A DNA stretch of 40,080 bases from Vezdaea acicularis (Eukaryota): positions 1 through 40,080 of the forward strand of contig JAPEUI010000136.1 of NCBI GenBank assembly GCA_026025075.1, read 5' to 3'. This document shows positions 34,601-40,080 of the stretch, piece after piece; position 1 is the stretch's first letter, and each line of letters starts with the position of its first letter. The position numbers were made by a program, and so were the translations under genes. Under the pieces are notes generated by a model that made no database searches, was not told the origin of the DNA, and was given only the letters and a program-made list of their open reading frames with translations.

Positions 34601-35562
34601 GCCAAGTGATGCAGCAATACGAGAGGTTGTCACAGGAGCATACTGAGACCAAAAATACCGCTGAAGCAGTATTATCCAAGCTCCAGGGGGATATTTCACT
34701 TCATCAACATGAAACAGGACGTCTACAACAACAGCTGACCAGCTCGGAGAGAAATGTCTTGGCTTTACGTGAGGATCTCATACAAGCCAAAGAACAAGCT
34801 GCAGACACTCGGATGGTTGCTGCCAATACATTCTCAAGTATGACGATATCTGCAGCGGATGCTATTGCAAAAAGTCGGGAAGAAGCTTTGGAGAAAGCGC
34901 TGATATTACTCAAAGAGTTAAAGACCTCTCAGGATGATGCTTCCACTAACGATCAGGGAGTACTCATAATATACCATGGTACGGAATTGGATCGCATCCG
35001 GGTTCATACTATCAGAGCGGATGACGAGAACCTTCAGCGACTTGCTATATACGTCACGCAAGCAAAGGTACGCTTGTTGTCTTACTGTGGTAGTTCTCTC
35101 GATCCCGAGCAATTTGCAGCAATGAGAGCGTACGCCAAGGAGTATCATGTTGTCTACATTGTTACAGAAGAAGACCTAGGGAGATTTAAAAATACGCTTG
35201 AGGAGCAATTCAATAGCTGGTGTGGAGAGGATGATTTGTCTCAATCAGCCGTAGGGAAGCGATCAATAGGGAAGCGATCAATAGGGAAGCGACCAATGTT
35301 GACAATAGAGTATCCTGAACAACCCAGCAGCTCTCTAACAATTTGGAAGCCTGAACAGATACTAGGAAAGAGGGGCAATCAGAAAGAAAAGGCTGCTGCC
35401 AAAGGAACACAAATTAAACGGAGGCTGATCAAGGAACCAAAGAGTATTAAAGGCCGCAAAACTGATAATATGGAGGTTGAAGAACCTAGTCTCACGTCTG
35501 AGGATGTTCTTGAGACGGCCATGCAGGATCTTACGCCAGGTAGCAGCTCAAGTCAGCAATAA
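31677..35562 (+). CDS. DUF3723-family protein with long C-terminal coiled coil (~1245 aa); join(31677..32118,32172..32461,32511..33512,33559..35562)
   Basis: Characteristic blocks RLRRVFELEGCLRLD.ENYISA, CLSGQHRIAAA, WWTVSLY, YSDGEIFQKI, WWARLS, VPSLRTFFDN..YLEPC, QLWLYAMRH and RRCGRP. Three canonical introns join the segments in frame. Confidence 0.9.
34012..34640 (+). repeat. 138-bp (46-aa) coiled-coil coding repeat x4.5
   Basis: NGRCNEVTEExNQLKQQYExVIQDHAGREGNIEAEKARLQEEINK units starting at 34012, 34150, 34288 and 34426. Confidence 0.95.
35251..35295 (+). repeat. 15-bp coding repeat x3 (GKRSI)
   Basis: Rtagggaagcgatca x3. Confidence 0.85.
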
Positions 35563-35695
35563 CAAAAAAGGTCCCCATTTATTACAGGAAAATTCATGCT
35601 AGTGGGATGCTTGATCACATGCTACAGTCTCCCAACTGATAAATTTGGTGTTTGAAATGCCTAATAACGACTATATACGTCCCAAACGGCCGAAA

Positions 35696-36275
35696 TCAAG
35701 CATCAAATCTCCGATTTTGAACAACAGATGCTCTCTGCATCAATTCTTTCAGTGGCCGCGGCTTTGGTATATGGGAGGATCTCACAGGAGCAGCTTTTTG
35801 GATACCTGTCCCTAATCGCCGTATTTTCGGCGGCGAGTACAGCTCGGTTCTTTCCTTCTGTGGCATTTGGAACATACTGGCACAGTCGTGAGGTTCAGGA
35901 GATTGAGTGAAGTCAATCAGCCGAACGTTGCCCTTCTGAGGTGGATCGGGAGAGCATGATTTTGTTTTTTTTAACTGCTCTGCTTCACGTTCGGTCCGAA
36001 AATCAGAGGGACCATAGAATCTTATGTCATTTGGTAGAGGCTAAGCTAGAGTCAGTGGAAAATCTGCAAGTAAGGTGAAATCTACCTACTGTATCATTCA
36101 GTATATGGGGAAGAAAATCTGGGGAAGAACGGTAGACAAAACCCAGCTCATCCCGAAGCAAGATAATGAAGATACCCGCCTCAAAGTGCTGCGCGTAATC
36201 GTGACATTTGGTGAATAGCCCTCTTTGTCGACGGTAAAAGCTCCGTTTTTTTGAAGAAGACTCAATGTTTGCCAT
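35696..36275 (-). CDS. Second small MADS-box-like protein, ~176 aa; join(36275..36090,36040..35696)
   Basis: RSFYRRQRGLFTKCHDYAQHFEAGIFIILL..GFVYRS. A GTAGGT..CTGAC..TAG intron opens a 115-codon second exon (..FYGPSDF..). Confidence 0.8.
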
Positions 36276-37012
36276 GGGATCAGCTTTAGGAGTAGAGCCC
36301 GGAGAATGAAGCTGGAAGAATGGGGCTGAGAGTATGGGGTTGAGGGAATGAAGATGAGAGAGGTCAATATAAAGGCATAAAAGAATGGCAGGAATAATAG
36401 GCGTGAGTCAAAGAAATCACACCTTTTTGGAGCTCTGATCCTTTGCCAGTTTAGCTGATTTATATGCTCTTCGCTCTTCACATTTCTAATTATATTTGAA
36501 ACAGGATGGCGATACAAGTCACCATGTTTCATTAACATTCTTCATTTCAATATGGGCTCCATCTTCACGCACTGGTGGGCGCGTACGCAACAGGATTAAA
36601 GAGCGCTCCGTGGAGCGCTCTCCGTGAGGTCAAAGTTGCCTTCGCCAAAGCGCTTGGAGAGATTTATCATCTCACTCTTGCAGCGCCAGCTTAGCAACAG
36701 TCAGAACCGCTATTGCATCACCAGAGCACCACTATATTTAGCGCCCTATCTCTATTTCTTACAGAATCATGCTATTTTGGTCGTCTCGGACATCATCAAG
36801 CGTCAAGCTGAGGGTTTACCACACACGCTTTATCCCTTAACGCTGGTTGGCATTCCAACTTCTACATTAAAGGTGAACCCCCGAGCTTTTTTCTAGGAGC
36901 AAGCGAATGCTCTGCCGTCTCTGATAAACACTCGGAATACTTACACAATATTAACGGAAGTGCTGTTGCAACAACGTCAGCTTTCTGACTATTCCCGGAC
37001 AATTGCCTTGCA

Positions 37013-38695
37013 ATGGATCTCACTACTCGATACGCTATTGCGATTGCCTCCTTTGTCAGTATTCTTTGTATCTACCAAATAGGCTCGATTGTGGGATTTT
37101 TGTTGGTGAAACACGTCATGAAGAGAATTCTCAAACACGTCTGCTACGCCATATTCATTAATCGCAGAGCGGGTTCGCTCAACATGTCAAGATATCACTG
37201 GATGCTCTTCATCCTGTATATCATAGCTAACATCTTCTGCAATACTGTAGGTGTCAAGAGCAGTGTGCAATTTGGAAAAAGGGCCGGTGTCCTCGCTGTG
37301 ATAAATATGACGCCGTTACTACTAGGGGGCAGAACAAACATTTTTGTGTATCTTGTCGGGTTAAGATATACCAATTTTGCCAACATTCATCGCTGGGTAG
37401 GTCGAGTCAGTGCCTTGCAAGGGGTCGTACATGGCATTATATATCTCTTGTTGCCTGGTAGGAAGGGGTCTATTACATACAGAGAGATTACCGTGAGTAT
37501 TTTCTTCTTTGCGATTGCCATGTGACTAAACACAGCTCTTCTACAGTTGATCTCTACGATATTGATGATCTTCATCACATCAGTAACCTTCCTCCGGCGT
37601 TTGTTCTATGAAGTTTTTCTCAAACTTCATTTACTGCTTAGCCTGATTCTTGTGGTTGGAATATGGCTTCACCTGGGTCAGAAAGAAACCTTGTCATCGC
37701 TTTGCCTGCTCATAGGGTCAAGCCTCTGGCTATTCAGCTCGATCATTCAGACCTTATTATTCATATATCGCAATATAGGCTCGGGACCGCCAAGCAAACT
37801 CAAAGTTCAGCAGGAGGGCAACCTGCTGAAGGTGGAGGTTACCCTCAAACGCCCCTGGGATGTCAAACCCGGGCAGTATGTGTATCTCACCGTCCCAAGT
37901 AATGGATACCTTGGTATCCTTCAAGCGCACCCATATTATATCGCATGGTGGGGAACCAAGAATAGAAATAATACTATAACACTTCTCATCCAAACACGCA
38001 CAGGATTTAGTAAATATCTAAATTTAATCGGCCAGAATACCTCCGCAATCTTACAAGGGCCTTGGGGCCACACTGAAAATCTCCATGATTACGACAAGGT
38101 ACTTATGTTTGCTAGCGGCATTGGTCTCGCCGTGCATCTTCCGTACATCAGGTATCTCCTTGAACTTCATAATGAGGTAAAGTCTCGTGTGCGAAGATTG
38201 ACCGTTGTATGGCTAATCGAAGAATCGTGTAAGTGCATACCTGTCTATAAGTACTCGTTGTTAACGTACCGTAGCACATGACCATTTATTAGCGGATTAT
38301 ATGAGTGCACTCCTGAAGATGGATAGCAGACGTATCCTGATCCTACATCCAGCTCCAAAAGCCAATCTATATGAGAACTTCCCTGAAAGCGACAGGTTGA
38401 AACCACTGAATACGATTGATGTACAGAGCATGGTTGAGGAAGAAAATGCAATCGAAGCCGGAAACATGGTTGTATCCGGTGAGTGATTTGCAGTAAGTTG
38501 CACAATGTCTCCGCTGAACAAATCATAGTGTGCGCACCACCAGCACTGGAAAATGAGGTCCGCGCAGCAGTGAAGGCCTCATCAGAAGACATTCGGTTAA
38601 TGGTGATGGATTATCAGCCTGACGAGAGTTTAACAAGCAGTGCATTAGCAAGGAACTGCCTTGTGAAGTGGTCCAATGAGCATAGCGCTGTTTGA
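37013..38695 (+). CDS. Ferric reductase / NADPH-oxidase-like transmembrane protein; join(37013..37492,37547..38228,38275..38478,38529..38695)
   Basis: Heme histidines (IHRWVGR..VVH, KLH..WLH), FAD-binding PGQYVYL..QAHPY, and NADPH-binding GPWG and FASGIG, ending in DYQP. All three introns are canonical. Confidence 0.92.
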
Positions 38696-38847
38696 TACTG
38701 CTAGAAGATTGAATGAATCACAAGGGCTAGCAAAAGCATAAGAGAAACTCAACCACCAACAATACGACAACTCGACCCCGCCTTTTTTTTCATGCCAGAG
38801 TCAACCTCACACTATCCTTGACAGGCTTGGACGTCACTGGATTGGCC

Positions 38848-39335
38848 TTAAACAGCTCCTGCATCACTTTCTATTGCTTCGTTCTCATCTTCCCTTCCTA
38901 ACTGATTGCGATGCTTGTCCTCGCACATCTTGCTTGGCATGGATTCAGACTCGTGAGAGGCTGGCTTTTCACGGTCCTGGCCCACTTCTTCGTCAGAATC
39001 ATCTAGTTCCTCCTTGTCGTTCAGAGCGCTGTTTTGCCGTTTTATCTGTTTTATTTCGTTTTTCTTCTGCTTTATACTGGAACTTATTCTCCCTCTTTCC
39101 TTAAAATTGAATAAGAGACTGGGATTGCGAATAAGTCCTTTCTTTTCTTTCAATTCTGCAATCTCTTCTTTTAAATGGACGTACCGGTCCACGTGTCTAC
39201 ACCGTTTACTACATCAAACGCATTTTAGCCACGAAATTAACGACAAGGGACTATTTCTAACCAGTTCTTCTGTTTATGATGCCTACGATCTTCCTGTCTC
39301 CTGCAATATGGTAGTTTTGGCGGATTAACACCCAT
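38848..39335 (-). CDS. Hypothetical ~144-aa protein (Cys/His N-terminus, coiled coil, acidic tail); join(39335..39262,39208..38848)
   Basis: A GTTAGA..GCTAA..TAG intron gives MGVNPPKLPYCRRQEDRRHHKQKNC|KRCRHVDRYVHLKEEI. The start could lie further upstream. Confidence 0.6.
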
Positions 39336-39942
39336 AACGTAGTGAAGTCTCCTTGTAATAAGATCAGCTCGAACGCAAAACATAGAACAGGCGCCTGAGT
39401 GGGGCTTGATATAGAAACCACGTTCGAATAAAGCTCCCAAGGTCCAGCTTCCAGGTCGCTCAGTTGAACAACGCACAACTTGCAAGAGCGCCATCTCAGG
39501 CAGGGTCACCAGAACTAAGCCTCATTTTGGGACAGACAAGCCCAGCCTTCCCTGCTCCATGCTTGGGCTATTATTCTACGGCCAATGACTTAGATACCCA
39601 CGTTTTTGCATTAATGACTCGCATCCTATATCACACCGCCTTTTTCCACCGCTTTGTGACTGTATATGAGTTTTGGAAGCAGCGTCACTCGCGTACTACG
39701 CTGAAGTCTCTTTTTCGCAGCTAGATTCCATTTATCACGTCTCTTGTATCGAACAGGTCGCTCCTTTGCGCAGCAATGCCAGCTGGGAAGTCAATGTGCA
39801 GTCGGTACAGTACAGAAGGGCTCCCTAGGAGATCATACCAGCGCTAAGGGGGACAAATATGGGTTATGAGCCGTGAAGACCGGCGGCAATGTTGAGTCAA
39901 GCTTCGTGCCGTTGGAAAAAAAATAATCTCTTGAACAAGGCT

Positions 39943-40080
39943 GGGCTGCACCAACAGCCCCCGAATGTATGTAGATTGGGGCTGCGCGTACAGCCCCCGA
40001 ATGTATGTAGATTGGGGCTGCGCGTACAGCCCCCGAATGTATGTAGATTGGGGCTGCGCGTACAGCCCCCGAATGTATGT
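39943..40080. repeat. 36-bp tandem hairpin array (gattggggctgcgcgtacagcccccgaatgtatgta), runs off the window end
   Basis: Identical units at 39974, 40010 and 40046, plus a variant unit from about 39941. Confidence 0.96.

Larger units (their letters stand above)
1..40080. mobile_element. Probable interior (cargo plus auxiliary genes) of a Starship giant transposon; boundaries and captain not in window
   Basis: Adjacent PLP, DUF3723 and ferric reductase genes (established Starship auxiliary families), small MADS-box genes, orphan genes, pseudogenes and no core genes. The extent over the whole window is inferred; support is strongest for 27204-38695. Confidence 0.7.

Noticed and set aside
1..40080. 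Starship captain (DUF3435 tyrosine recombinase) or element termini
   Set aside because: I found no ORF with recognisable tyrosine-recombinase motifs and no identifiable boundary repeats within the window.

Overview
Filamentous-ascomycete (Pezizomycotina-type) genomic DNA: genes carry short 45-55 nt GT-AG introns with CTRAY-type branch sites. No recognisable housekeeping genes are present. The right third holds a patatin-like phospholipase, a DUF3723 protein and a ferric reductase/NOX-like gene with two small MADS-box genes. PLP, DUF3723 and FRE are the auxiliary families typical of Starship giant transposons, so the window most likely lies inside a Starship. No captain (DUF3435 tyrosine recombinase) or element boundary is visible. 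The cargo includes a GPI-type cupredoxin, a C2H2 zinc-finger protein, several orphan repeat-containing proteins and a decayed second patatin. The most notable cargo gene encodes a ~1137-aa protein that appears to fuse a PhyH-like and a JmjC-like 2OG-Fe(II) dioxygenase domain. The window is very rich in tandem arrays, including two related hairpin arrays (core GGGGCTG-N6/8-CAGCCCC) about 17 kb apart, and it contains a TA-flanked MITE-like inverted repeat. All family assignments come from motif recognition by eye and exon models were spliced by hand; none were checked by database search.
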